The translations under genes and the position numbers were made by a program. Source: Callorhinchus milii (taxonomy: Eukaryota). Taken from it: a stretch of 64,000 nt of DNA. Of the stretch, positions 1 through 11,146 are shown piece after piece. The notes under the pieces were generated by a model, which worked only from the letters and a program-made list of their open reading frames with translations, ran no database searches and was not told the origin of the DNA. Location of the stretch: positions 59,708,001 through 59,772,000 of the forward strand of contig NW_024704743.1 in the NCBI RefSeq assembly GCF_018977255.1, given 5' to 3'. Positions within the stretch are counted from its first letter, which is position 1, and every line of letters starts with the position of its first letter.

Positions 1-1479
1 TAGAAACTTACATTTTCAACAATTTTAAGGTTCAAAAGAAGTGCATATATGGAAGATATTCTGGAATCTATTACAATATCCACCACAAAGTAGTGCTTTA
101 GTTAATAACCATTCCTTTTCAATATCCAAGTCATCAAAGAGCAGTTGGGAGGAACAGACGCTCTGCCTGAACAAGACCTCTCCTGTGGGGAAATGAGATT
201 TGCACTGTTCAATGTAAGGATGCCTTAGAACACGATTTCTGAAGCGAATGGATGTAGGATACATCAGAATAAGAGTTGTGTCTTAGTTTTCGCATGCATG
301 CTTCCAGACAATTCCATGCCTCAAAGCATTTGAATCATTTCCAGATGACACATCCATTTGAGTGGGTGCATCAGAGATCGACTCAGAAAGCCAGCTGTCA
401 ACCTTTGGCCAGTGTGGACAATGAAAAACAAATGTTCATTCTTCAGGACCTAGTGTTTTTGTTTATTCCACGCATCCACCATCTTCTGAGAGATCACTTT
501 TGGGATCTCTACAATCTGCATATTCAGTCCATTTTTGCTACAGTGCAAACATATACATCTTAGGAATATCGGAAATAAACTGAATATACTATTTGCACAT
601 GAAACTCCCGCAGCTATTTTCACTTTTTTGAGTGACTAATGCAAAGCAGTCCATAAAAGCAGAACTATGGGAATGCATAAGAAAGATAGTCACTATTGGT
701 AAGGGTCAGTGTTTAACAAAGCCTACATGCTGTATGCAGCTAATTTATACCTGCAATGTAACAAGAAACAGAATAAATAGAAAGAAAAATAAGCAGCCAA
801 GCAATTTATTTTATTTTAACAAGTTACAGAAAATGTGAAATATGAAACTTTGGAAAATGTGTTGCCCGTGGAAGGGGGAAAATTGTTTTAATTAATTTTC
901 TGGGAAATAGTGGCATAACAATGAAAGAACTGCAGTATTGATAAGGGAAAGGGAAGCTCATTTTCAAAATATAACTTAAATTAATTAAGCAAACTAAGCA
1001 AGGAAATCATAATAGAAAATAATCTGAACAGTTTATTTATGTCTGTACAATAACAGCATTCATTCAAAGAAACTTATTGCGAGAGACAAGGTCACCAACA
1101 AAATAAGCATCCTGCTTTATTATGGTTCACCTGTCAACCTTAATTTGAACCATTAGCTACAGCAAATCCAGTATCACATCCACCTGAAGTCTTGGAACCA
1201 AATGAAAACACACTACAATCTTGCTAGCTCAACTCAGTTAACAGTCCAATATGGTTTGGAACTTAATACGATTCATCCAGTTATCACACTTGCTGCAATT
1301 TGGCACTACCACCAACTGCAGGAAGTTGCAGTAACGAAATGATATATATATGTTTGGGGATGTTGAATGGCGACAATGATAGAGTTACGTTGAAGTTATG
1401 GAACTCCACTCCCTGCCCTTTGCTCAGCCAGTTCCAGACATCACTCGACCGCTCCACTTTACCATCAGTGGCCATGCTT

Positions 1480-2480
1480 TCCATAGAACCATAGAAATTT
1501 ACAGTACAGAAGGTAGCCATTCGACCTATCGTATCAGTGCCAGCTCACTTGAGAGCAATCATTTCAGTCCCATGTGCCTGCTCTTTCCCCCATAAGCCTG
1601 CAGCCCACTCTTTAAGTTATTTGTCTAGTTCCCTTTTGAGGGTCAATATGGAATAATCATAATAATCCTTGCATTTGATGTAGTGCTTTTCATGTCTTCT
1701 AGACGTCTTAAAAAGCTCACAGAATAGACTGTAAAGTGAATTGACTGTATATTTGTGGGCGAAACGCGCAGCCAGTGTCCCACAAACAGTCGTGGATTGA
1801 AAATGACCAATTTATTATTGTTTTTTTTCTAAAGTGATTATTATCAGGTGTTGAGTAAGGAAACTTGCCCAAGGTTTCGCCCTGCTGGGAATCAAACCCA
1901 CTTGTGAGGCAAGTGCTCTAATACAGGACTCCTGGATCTGTCTCAACCAGCACTCCCACAGGACATTCCATATCATAACAAGTCCGTGCCTGAAAAAACT
2001 TCTCCTAATCTTCCCATTTTCTTGTTCAGCATCTTAAATTGATGCCTTCTAATTACTGATTCACTGACCAGTGGAAATAATTTCTCTCTATTGACTATCA
2101 AAACCCCTCAGAAATTTCAAAGACTTCTGTTAGGTCACCTCTCAATCTTCTTTGTTTCAGTGGAAAGTCCCAGTTCATCTAGTCTCAGCTCATAGGCCAA
2201 CCCTCATCCCCAGTATCATCCTACTGTATCTCCTTCCCTCTATTGCCCTGATGTCTTTTTAAAGTGGGGAGACACAATATGCTGGACACAATATTCTGAT
2301 TGCTAACTAACGATTTATATAGGTTTTGCATTACATCTTTGCTTATATATTCTTTAGCCCAATTTATAAAACTTAGGATTCCATCTGTTTTCTTCATCAA
2401 CTTCACCCACCTGCCTTCCCCCTTAAAGGATTTACATACATTAAACCCAAGTCCCTTTGCTCTTCCACTCCTTTTAATAT
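1480..2480 (-). mobile_element. CR1 LINE 3' fragment, split by a SINE insertion
   Basis: Minus-strand ORF2 C-terminal motifs (GILSFINWAKEYISKDVMQNLYKSLV-like) and a CR1-type 3' UTR (catagaaatttacag...). The sequence is continuous across the SINE at 1652-1932. Confidence 0.8.
1652..1932 (-). mobile_element. tRNA-Ala-derived SINE family A (short form)
   Basis: Reverse complement of the GGAGTCCTGTA... head, Deu-like 3' body and (ATT)n tail; homologous to 23683-24010. Confidence 0.9.
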
Positions 2481-4094
2481 TTTAACTTTTAGCCATTGTA
2501 CCCTGAAAGTCTGGAACTCCCTGTCCCAATCCCTTCACCCCTTCCCTTCAGACTCTTTGCCAGTCTTCAGGTCACACCTAAAGACCTTCCTCTTCAACCA
2601 AGCCTATGGCCACAGTTCCCTATCACAGCATCAAACACCACCATTGTTAAGTACTCCAAGACACAATTCTACGGTATGGACCACTACAATAAGAGGCTGT
2701 ACCCTTATAATTTTCCACTTTTGAGCATCACTGGTAAAGATTACATGTTTTCGCGGGTCAGATTAGCCAGTGCATGCAGATACCCAAATTAACGGATTCC
2801 ACAGATGAGTCAATGTGGCCCTTTTTAGGCAGATGGATCTAGAACCCTACTAATTAGACTGACAGGTTCATTAAAAAATATCAGGACCATAACATAAGAA
2901 AGACTTTCACAAATATGAGACAAGAAGTGGTATAAATCCAATTTAATCAATAATCTACACTGCACATGCGTACTTCAATGTGCATGCGTCGATGGGTCAG
3001 AACTCCATTTACAGAAAACGGTTTCAGGGAATTTGTGAGAAAAAGAAGAAGAATTTCAGTTTTCATCCCAAAAAGAACAAATTTGAAGGATAAAAGCTTA
3101 CGAAAATGAAAGCACAGATATGACTGGCATTCAGTAGCAATTATACAGCTATAATGATCAAAATTTACATAAATTGAGAATTCAAGTCAAACATTTTATT
3201 GAAGCTTTCAATCATCTGTATTATGGTGAGGCAGACATGTTTCCCTAGGAAAGTAAAGAAACTAAGGTGCAATGAACTTAGCCATTGGAGAGATTGATTT
3301 ATTAATTGGTCATATGATTGTAGTCTTTCTGATGTTTCTCTGTACCTAATCACTTGAATGAGGAGGAAAAAGATCTCCAAACAACTTATTGCTCTAGTCT
3401 AATCATTTACGTAACAGAAGTCAAAACTTAGAAATAAACATGTGCACACACTGTTCAGCTATTAAAAGGAGTTCAAACTGGTTTTCACTGGAAGCCTCAA
3501 ACCGCATTTTCAAATACAGCAATGGTTTTGAGTATTTATTCTGGTAAGAGTTTCACAATTCAATTACAGTGGAGATATTTTCACATTCCACCTTCATCAA
3601 TTATCCACTTCAATCCCATCTCTATAGTTGATTTTCGAATTCACACTCGCACGTACACACATACACGCACCACAGCAACAGCTTGCATTTATAAATTGGA
3701 GAAAAAGCAAGTTGGTTGCGTGTTAATGGTGGGGTGTAGAAGGGAGGTTCTCCTTAACTTGCAGAAAATTAGGAAGATTTGACTGCAAAGAGAGTGAGGC
3801 AATATTGTTTGACAAAATAGAGGTATATGGCATATTGGATGGCTAGCCCGTTTGTACACCATACTACTCTAGCTTACGTTTCTCCAAGGGAAACTATACC
3901 ACACTAACTTCAATAAATATTGTTTAATTTTCCTGCTGTTGTGAATGGAATTTTATGCTTTTCCTTATATTCACTTATTTGACCTCGTCAATGTTTTGGT
4001 CCTATGTCTATCTTTTCCCCTCCCTCGCATTTTCTAAATTATTGTACTGATTGACTAAAGGAAATAAAAGCCAAGTGGCATTAAATTCACATAC

Positions 4095-4148
4095 CTTCAA
4101 AAATATAGTTTTCAGTTCAGCTGGATCAGCTCTCTTGCAGGAAGCTAA
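4095..4148 (-). CDS. SLC25A13: SLC25A13 (citrin, mitochondrial aspartate/glutamate carrier 2) coding exon 2
   Basis: Minus strand reads ctttgctttcttttcccAG|TTAGCT...TTGAAG|GTatgt. The exon is 54 nt, phase 0/0, and translates LASCKRADPAELKTIFLK. This matches human citrin VALTKRADPAELRTIFLK better than aralar/SLC25A12 VQTTKRGDPHELRNIFLQ. Confidence 0.93.
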
Positions 4149-4319
4149 CTGGGAAAAGAAAGCAAAGTATTGTTAGTTGACAAATCTCAAGACATCAGCA
4201 GTACATTTTGAATAGTTTTATTCATAACATCTTAACACACAAAATAATATACAAAGATCTCTCTTGTATAAATTCATTCCTGAAAAAAAGTTACAGGAAA
4301 ATCGAGCAAATTTATTAAA

Positions 4320-4590
4320 TGATTTACTCCTGTATGCTTCTCCTTCAAACCTTCCAACACGGTGATCAAACAGTCTCCAAACCCAAGTCATTCTTCTCCT
4401 ATACCTTAAAACTGTGGAACTTCTTATGCCCTCAGTCTTCGCTTCCTCTTTTAAACCACAAGCTTTTAAAAACCCAAGCTTGGCATCACCTAACCACGAT
4501 TTGATTTCTCTCATCTTTTCTTCTCCCATTTTCAACCTGGGTGGCCTCTATACCGCCAAGGCTTGGCCCTACTTCTAATTTTATCATTAA
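4320..4590 (+). mobile_element. Old non-LTR retrotransposon 3' end (L2/CR1-group)
   Basis: Spliced translation SFFSYTLKLWNFL...FKPQAFKTQAWHHL resembles the SFFPRTxRLWNSLP...LQAFK C-terminus of LINE ORF2, followed by an A-rich end. Confidence 0.55.
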
Positions 4591-6213
4591 GAAAAAGCTA
4601 TATTGCTTCAAAAATTCAGACAAATTCCAAAGATGCCAGGTTCTGCAATTCCATGTATTCAGTTACAGTAGACTGCTGTACAGCAAACCAAGTATTTGCA
4701 AAACTAAAGCAAAATAATTCCATCTATTTTAAACTGTGATAATGTTACAATGCCACATTATAATTATTAATACGAACAGCTACACAAAAAGGAATTTCCA
4801 ATTCCAATTGAGAGGGCAATCCAAAATGATCCCTCTCCTCCCCACCCCCACAACATTATTGCTCATCAACCTTTCAAACAGAGGGCATGTGTTATTGATT
4901 CATGTTTCACATGACAACACTCCAGTCTGATTTTGTTAGCCCAAAAATATATACCAGCAAATATACCATACTAGGGAAACACACAACCAACACAACAAAC
5001 TTCATACAGCAGGTGTTCTAAACCAGAAAACAGCCAAAATATTTAAGATTGTTTCTTGAAAAATATCTAAATAAGTGTTTGGGCAGATGAATTACTGCAG
5101 GCTCCCGTCACGAGTTCTCATAGCATCACTTCAAGGAAAAGTAGATTTTATACAAACAAGAAAACCTCATTGACAGTCTGGTTCACTCAGGGTTGTTTCA
5201 GACCTCAAGTGTCATGCGAGCTCAACGGCCAGCCACGTTGCAAGTTTGAGCCGCAGGGCTGCCCATCCCTCCAGGTCCCTTATCACGGTTGAGCAAGTTC
5301 TGTCAGCATTTATCTGAACTTCTGGGTGGAACAGTGAACAAAGATTGGGGGAGGAGGTGCTATCACATCAAGAAAGTGAAAACAGACATGCTGACCTGCT
5401 TTATTGAATAGCAATCCCTGTTGATTAATCACAAGAATGCTAACAGCTAACCTGCAGAAGGTTACATTCCATTAACCCAGGTGGAAACAGTTGAGGCACA
5501 GCATAACTTGAAACTACTTTTTTTTCCCCAAAAAAGTTAAGAGATTGGATTTTATTGCTTATTTAGTGTTTAACTAAGCGCTCTCAGACGCTACCATGCG
5601 TTGAGGGCACTCTATAAGTGCAAGTTGTTCTTAAATAAGGACTTAAAAATTTAAAATGATCTCCAGATCTATTGATCGTCAACCTCTAAACTCCTTTTAC
5701 AGGATAGAGGGACTCCAGACCAAAAACTACTGGGCATCTGTGATGCTTCAAGTGGATTTTAGCTTTCTCTTCCCCCTTTTCCATATGACCTAATGACCTA
5801 GCAGAGATTGCAATTTATTAAGGCACAAATAGGAGTTACAGACAGCTGAGTTCTACAAATAGGTTCAAAACCACATTATTTTCTGGAAATTAAAACATTA
5901 TCTTATGAAAAACTTTTAATAATAATAACTTAATTTAAGATACTATTTAGCAGAAAGTAAACAAAGTTTAAGTATGATCTGAGCATACCTACGAGTTTTG
6001 TTTAACTAAAAACTTGTAATGTTTGTTTTCTTTTATTGGGCATTATCAGTTTAGCTAATTCCACATGGCAAAATATTTTCTAATTATTCTAAAGACTCTA
6101 GTAGCAAATAAAGAATACCACAACAATTTGTTTCATTAAAAGCACCATGCCAATACATTTTTACACTACATTTTTGACAATTTTAAAAGTTTCAACTGAT
6201 CCATAACTAGATC

Positions 6214-6568
6214 ATAATAATAATCCTTCCATTTGATATAGCGCCTTATCACATCATTGAGATATCTCAAAGAGCTTCACAGAATCTATTGTAAAGTGGA
6301 TTGATTGTATTTTGTGGGTGAAACGAGGCAGCCAATTGCAGACAGCAGTGTTCCACAAACATTCATGGATTGAGTGATTTGTGTTGATGTTGTTGGAGGG
6401 AATATTACTCCCGGAAAGCGATCCGCCAATCGGGTTCCTACTTACTGCAAGGTAAATAGAGGCGTATGGAGTATGGAAACTTGCCGAAAGTTTCTCCCCT
6501 CCTCGGAATCGAACACAGGTCATCTCTCTTGTGTGGCGAGCTCGCTAACCACTACGCTATGGGACTTC
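6214..6568 (-). mobile_element. SINE family A (long form), full length
   Basis: tRNA-like head, CORE-like GCCTCTATTTACC segment, GATTGGCGGATCGCTTT segment, Deu-like 3' body and ATT tail. Confidence 0.9.
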
Positions 6569-8039
6569 ACACTTATTCCAAGATAAGACCTCATGTAATC
6601 ATCTAAGACTACCCATTATTCAACTGTTTAAAAATTACTAGTCATTGGCTGACTTTCAGATGAGGGATTCCATCTTTGTAACATTTCTGATGCTGGGCAC
6701 AGAAACATGGCATTCTGTCACTCACCTTTGGCTCAAAACAACTCCTTTGGATCACTGATTTCAGGGCTGAGACTAACATTTCCTCATAGCCGAGGTTCAG
6801 TACGGGGACACATGTTTGGAAACACTCCAATGGGATTTATTCAAAAATATCCACTGACCATGAATGCCAACAGAATGACTCAATCAATCCAATTATTTTT
6901 GAGAGTAATCAACAACAAAAACAGTTGTCAAGAGAGGTGATTGAGGCCAGGACACTTGTCTTATTTAAAAATGCAGTTTGATGCTGTGCTTTGGGTGGGG
7001 GGGGGGGGGGTGGGGTGGATATTCTGGAAGGATGAGATCGAATGGGCCAAAGGATATTCTTCATCTAAACAAATTTTGTGTGATCTTGTGAACACTATGA
7101 TCAGTCCAGTCATACAGTAAATATTGAGTGAGAAAAGCTTTGGCAAATTTGATTTAAACTAGAAATACCTTTTATGCAAAGTATTCCCCTGACTGTTTTC
7201 TGTGTTTTTAGAAAACCGACCTAAGTAAATATACCCTAATTTGATATGTCAGGCAATAACTTATTTGAGTGCATTTGTTTGAACTGGGCAGTTTACTCCC
7301 AAGACAAATGTCATTCCCTGCCTCGTACCCAGTTATTAACGTTGACTTTACTCAGCCACAGTGAGCTCTACCCACTTATTGTTTTTTAAAGTAATCAGAT
7401 TTAATGCTTATTACAGCAACAACTTATAACCACCATATTCTGGAACAAATCAACAGCAACAAGCAAAACAATGTGGTCATTGGGCTACTCTTGTTTAAAG
7501 CAAAGATCCGAACTTCACAAACAAAGCTTAAACCATGTGCTCCCAAAATAAAAACAATCCAAAGGCGTAGAGGTGCAGCTCAAAATTTATATTTTGTTAA
7601 TAAGCAAACCAATTCAATAAACCTTTCACTTAGTGAGATAAATTAAAGACTACGAGCTGTGTACATTTTATACCTAATCATACACTGCAGTTCTAGCTTG
7701 ATGAGACATGTACTGTACTACTGTATGATAGTTTTAAACGTCTGCGCTTAATTGTAAATGACTCACTGAATTCAGCTTCAGCAAGAAAGGGCTTCAAGTG
7801 AAAGACAACATTTTCAAAGATGAAAATTTATAACTTCTCCCCTTGGTCCAAAGAAAATATTTATGTCTGCGTTTATGTTTCAAATGAGGCCACCCTTGAG
7901 GTCAGCACTATAAAAAAAATATAACTGGACAAGTTCATGTCCAAATATACTCTGCACATTTGTGCCAAAATACTCTGCAATAAAGTGGATATGCTGTAAA
8001 CTCACACCCACAATTCTTCAAACCCCAAATTCCTATACA

Positions 8040-8340
8040 ACCATAGTAATTTGCAGCAGGGAAGACCATCTGGTCCATTGTATGTGCTGGCTCTTCTGAG
8101 AGCAATACTTTCTGTCCCATTTGCCTGCCCTTTCCCATACTCATGTAGCTTATTCCTTTTTAGGCATTTATCTAGTCTCCTTTTGAAACTTAATATGGTT
8201 ACTGCATCATCCACTGCTCCCAGTAGGGCATTCCACATTCTAACTACGCCATGTGTGAAATTATTTTTCCTAACCTCCCCATTTGCCCGTTTACTAAATA
8301 TCTTAAATTTCGACTATCCCATCAGCAGAAGCAACAGTTT
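8040..8340 (-). mobile_element. CR1 LINE 3' fragment
   Basis: ORF 8002-8238 (MWNALLGAVDDAVTILSFKRRLDKCL) is the typical CR1 ORF2 C-terminus. Confidence 0.85.
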
Positions 8341-8711
8341 CATTCTGGGTGTTGAGGAGAGAAGGAACCAGAGGAGAGAAGGAACCAGAGAATAAAACCT
8401 AAACAATACTCATGTACCTGCTAGACATCAGCTATAGCATACAATTGAAAGGGGATGGAAGCTGTCTATCTCCCAACCTTTGACTGGAGAATAGTGAATG
8501 AAATGGAGAGGCTGAAAGATGCTTTATAGAATGGGAAGATTAAATTAGACAAAAAATATTGTTATCGGAGTCCACAAACCACAAACTACTACATTAATGG
8601 GGCTTCAAGAGGTTAGGGGATAAGCCAGGATTGAATAGATCTCCTTGCTCTGTGAGACGGAGTGAACTCGGTGAACCGAATGCCTCCTTCTGCACTATAG
8701 ATTTCTATAGA

Positions 8712-9075
8712 TGGAGTTCTGTAACTCAGTGGTTAGAGCACTCGCCTCGCAAGCAAGAGACCTGGATTCGATTCCCGGCCAGGGCGAAACATTGAGCAAG
8801 TTTCCTTACTTCACACGCCTCTGTTTACCTAGCAATAAATATGAACCTGGTTGTTAGTCAATTGGTAGATCGCTTTTCCGGGGGTAATAATTCCTTCAAA
8901 AACATTGGTCACTCAATTCACGACTGTTTCCTTTCGCCCACAAATTATAGTGAATTCACTTAAATTCAGCAAATTCTGTGAAGCCCTTTGAGACGTCTCG
9001 AAGACATCAGGTGCTATATACAAAATACAATACAAAATTACATTTGCATAGGGCCTTTCAAATGCAAGGATTGTT
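8712..9075 (+). mobile_element. SINE family A (long form)
   Basis: TGGAGTTCTGTAACTCAGTGGTTAGAGCAC (A box) ... GGATTCGATTCCC (B box), then GCCTCTGTTTACCTAGCA and a degenerate tail. Confidence 0.9.
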
Positions 9076-9585
9076 AAATTATATATCTATTTTGTAACTA
9101 ATATCTACTCAATTTATGTCTGTCTGTCTATCTCTCACACTGTCTTACAGCTTTGCAACTTGCATGCGGTCAATAACCACTTCTGTAACACTCATAAGTG
9201 ATATCAACTTTTTTCAAATTTATTGATGTTTATACAAGTGGTTATGAGAATCATTAACTGCATCATCATCTCATGATGAAATTATTTTTGATTTGATTTT
9301 AATTTGTTTCTATTAAAGTCATCATTTTTAACATTGGGGGACCATAGCTGTGCCTGCTCACGCACTTGAAGTCAAGCCTATTTCCTAAGTCACACTGGTA
9401 CAAAGTGCTTCAGTTGCTATGCTGGTGTGTCTCACACTGGCACTGTTTACGTACCTAACTTGCCATGCTATGTTTGGTCTGGTCCTGGTCTATCCACAGT
9501 GATACCCTCTCCATACTGCAGTTGTTAAGCTGGTCTGGGTTGTCTATGCTGTGTCCCCACCCACTCCCTATGTCAGTTGACAATG

Positions 9586-10306
9586 CTGGTCTGGGCTGAG
9601 TTGGGTTATCTCTGGGCCAGGGTGTCCCTGGTCTGGGCTGAGTTGGGTTATCTCTGGGCCAGGGTGTCCCTGGTCTGGGCTGAGTTGGGTTATCTCTGGG
9701 CCAGGGTGTCCCTGGTCTGGGCTGAGTTGGGTTATCTCTGGACCAGGGTGTCCCTGGTCTGGGCTGAGTTGGGTTATCTCTGGGCCAGGGTGTCCCTGGT
9801 CTGGGCTGAGTTGGGTTATCTCTGGGCCAGGGTGTCCCTGGTCTGGGCTGAGTTGGGTTATCTCTGGGCCAGGGTGTCCCTGGTCTGGGCTGAGTTGGGT
9901 TATCTCTGGGCCAGGGTGTCCCTGGTCTGGGCTGAGTTGGGTTATCTCTGGACCAGGGTGTCCCTGGTCTGGGCTGAGTTGGGTTATCTCTGGGCCAGGG
10001 TGTCCCTGGTCTGGGCTGAGTTGGGTTATCTCTGGGCCAGGGTGTCCCTGGTCTGGGCTGAGTTGGGTTATCTTTGGGCCAGGGTGTCCCTGGTCTGGGC
10101 TGAGTTGGGTTATCTCTGGGCCAGGGTGTCCCTGGTCTGGGCTGAGTTGGGTTATCTCTGGACCAGGGTGTCCCTGGTCTGGGCTGAGTTGGGTTATCTC
10201 TGGACCAGGGTGTCCCTGGTCTGGGCTGAGTTGGGTTATCTCTGGACCAGGGTGTCCCTGGTCTGGGCTGAGTTGGGTTATCTCTGGACCAGGGTGTCCC
10301 TGGTCT
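9586..10306. repeat. 42-bp minisatellite, ~17 near-identical copies, in SLC25A13 intron 1
   Basis: Unit is CTGGTCTGGGCTGAGTTGGGTTATCTCTGG(G/A)CCAGGGTGTCC. Counted 17 units. The array ends 17 nt from the exon 1 donor junction. Confidence 0.98.
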
Positions 10307-10323
10307 CCACACCCTCGCCTTAC

Positions 10324-10335
10324 CTGAGTGGCCAT
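10324..10335 (-). CDS. SLC25A13: SLC25A13 coding part of exon 1 (MATQ)
   Basis: Minus strand reads gcagcatcATGGCCACTCAG|GTAAGG: good Kozak context (A at -3, G at +4) and a strong phase-0 donor that joins in frame to exon 2. It sits directly beside a GC-rich promoter-like segment. Human exon 1 encodes a similarly short MAAAK. Confidence 0.85.
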
Positions 10336-10379
10336 GATGCTGCTCTGTGTGGGTTGTACCTTCTCTCCTCCTCCCTCAG

Positions 10380-10500
10380 GAGCCCACGAGGGTCCTGATT
10401 GGCTGAGGGGCGGCGCCTGCGCGGTGGGGGGGGTTGATGTGGTCACAATAGCAGTGAGGCGGGGGGGCGGGGCGACGTCTGGTTTTCTCCAATGAGCGTC
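10380..10500 (-). promoter_or_regulatory. SLC25A13 proximal promoter (TATA-less, GC-rich)
   Basis: ATTGG/CCAAT box at 10398-10402 (AGCCAATCAG on minus). GC boxes at 10407-10413 and 10464-10473. NRF1-like GCGCCTGCGC at 10413-10422. GACGTC at 10474-10479. Second CCAAT at 10489-10493. CpG is locally enriched. Confidence 0.7.
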
Positions 10501-10514
10501 AAGCCTCACACCAT

Positions 10515-11146
10515 CAGCCCCTCCGTCACCACAGGGTGTGGGCACTCAGCCCCCCCTCCCCACAGGGTGTGGGCACTCAGCCCCCCCTCCCCACAGGGTG
10601 TGGGCACTCAGCCCCCCCTCACCACAGGGTGTGGGCACTCAGCCCCCCCTCACCACAGGGTGTGGGCACTCAGCCCTCCCTCATCACAGGCTGTGGGCAC
10701 TCAGCCCCCCCCCCCCCCCCCCCCCCCCCGGTCACCACAGGCTGTGGGCACTCAGCCCCCCCTCATCACAGGCTGTGGGCACTCAGCCCCCCCTCATCAC
10801 AGGGTGTGGGCACTCAGCCCCCCCCTCACCACAGGGTGTGAGCACAGCCCCCCCCCCCCCCCCCCCCCCCGTCACCACAGGCTGTGGGCGCGCAGCCCCC
10901 TGGTCACCACAGGGTGTGGGCACAGCCCTCCCGTCACCACAGGGTGTGGGCACAGTCCCACCCCCCCCCCCCGGTCACCACAGTCTGTGGGTGTGCAGCC
11001 CCCTGGTCACCACAGGCTGTGGGTGTGCAGCCCCCTGGTCACCACAGGCTGTGGGTGTGCAGCCCCCTGGTCACCACAGGCTGTGGGTGTGCAGCCCCCT
11101 GGTCACCACAGGCTGTGGGTGTGCAGCCCCCTGGTCACCACAGGCT
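10515..11146. repeat. 31-32-bp C-rich minisatellite upstream of the SLC25A13 promoter
   Basis: Units CACAGGGTGTGGGCACTCAGCCCCCCTC(C/A)C grade into CACAGGCTGTGGGTGTGCAGCCCCCTGGTCAC, interrupted by long poly-C tracts. Confidence 0.95.

Noticed and set aside
12..100. Minus-strand exon ending at a GTAAGT donor (positions 11-6) as SLC25A13 exon 3
   Set aside because: No frame resembles citrin YASIEKNGEFFMSPNDF, and there is an in-frame stop upstream.
4095..4148. Assignment to the paralogue SLC25A12 (aralar)
   Set aside because: KRADPAELKTIFLK matches citrin residues (ADPA, TIFLK) rather than aralar (GDPH, NIFLQ). The call rests on only 22 aa, so some uncertainty remains.
9586..10306. CRISPR-like array
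   Set aside because: Units are contiguous with no unique spacers, there are no cas genes, and the context is eukaryotic.
9455..10398. Long ORFs 9455-10312 (-) and 9577-10398 (+) as protein-coding genes
   Set aside because: They are translations of the 42-bp minisatellite inside SLC25A13 intron 1. Only the frame shared with the real ATG is kept, as a speculative finding.
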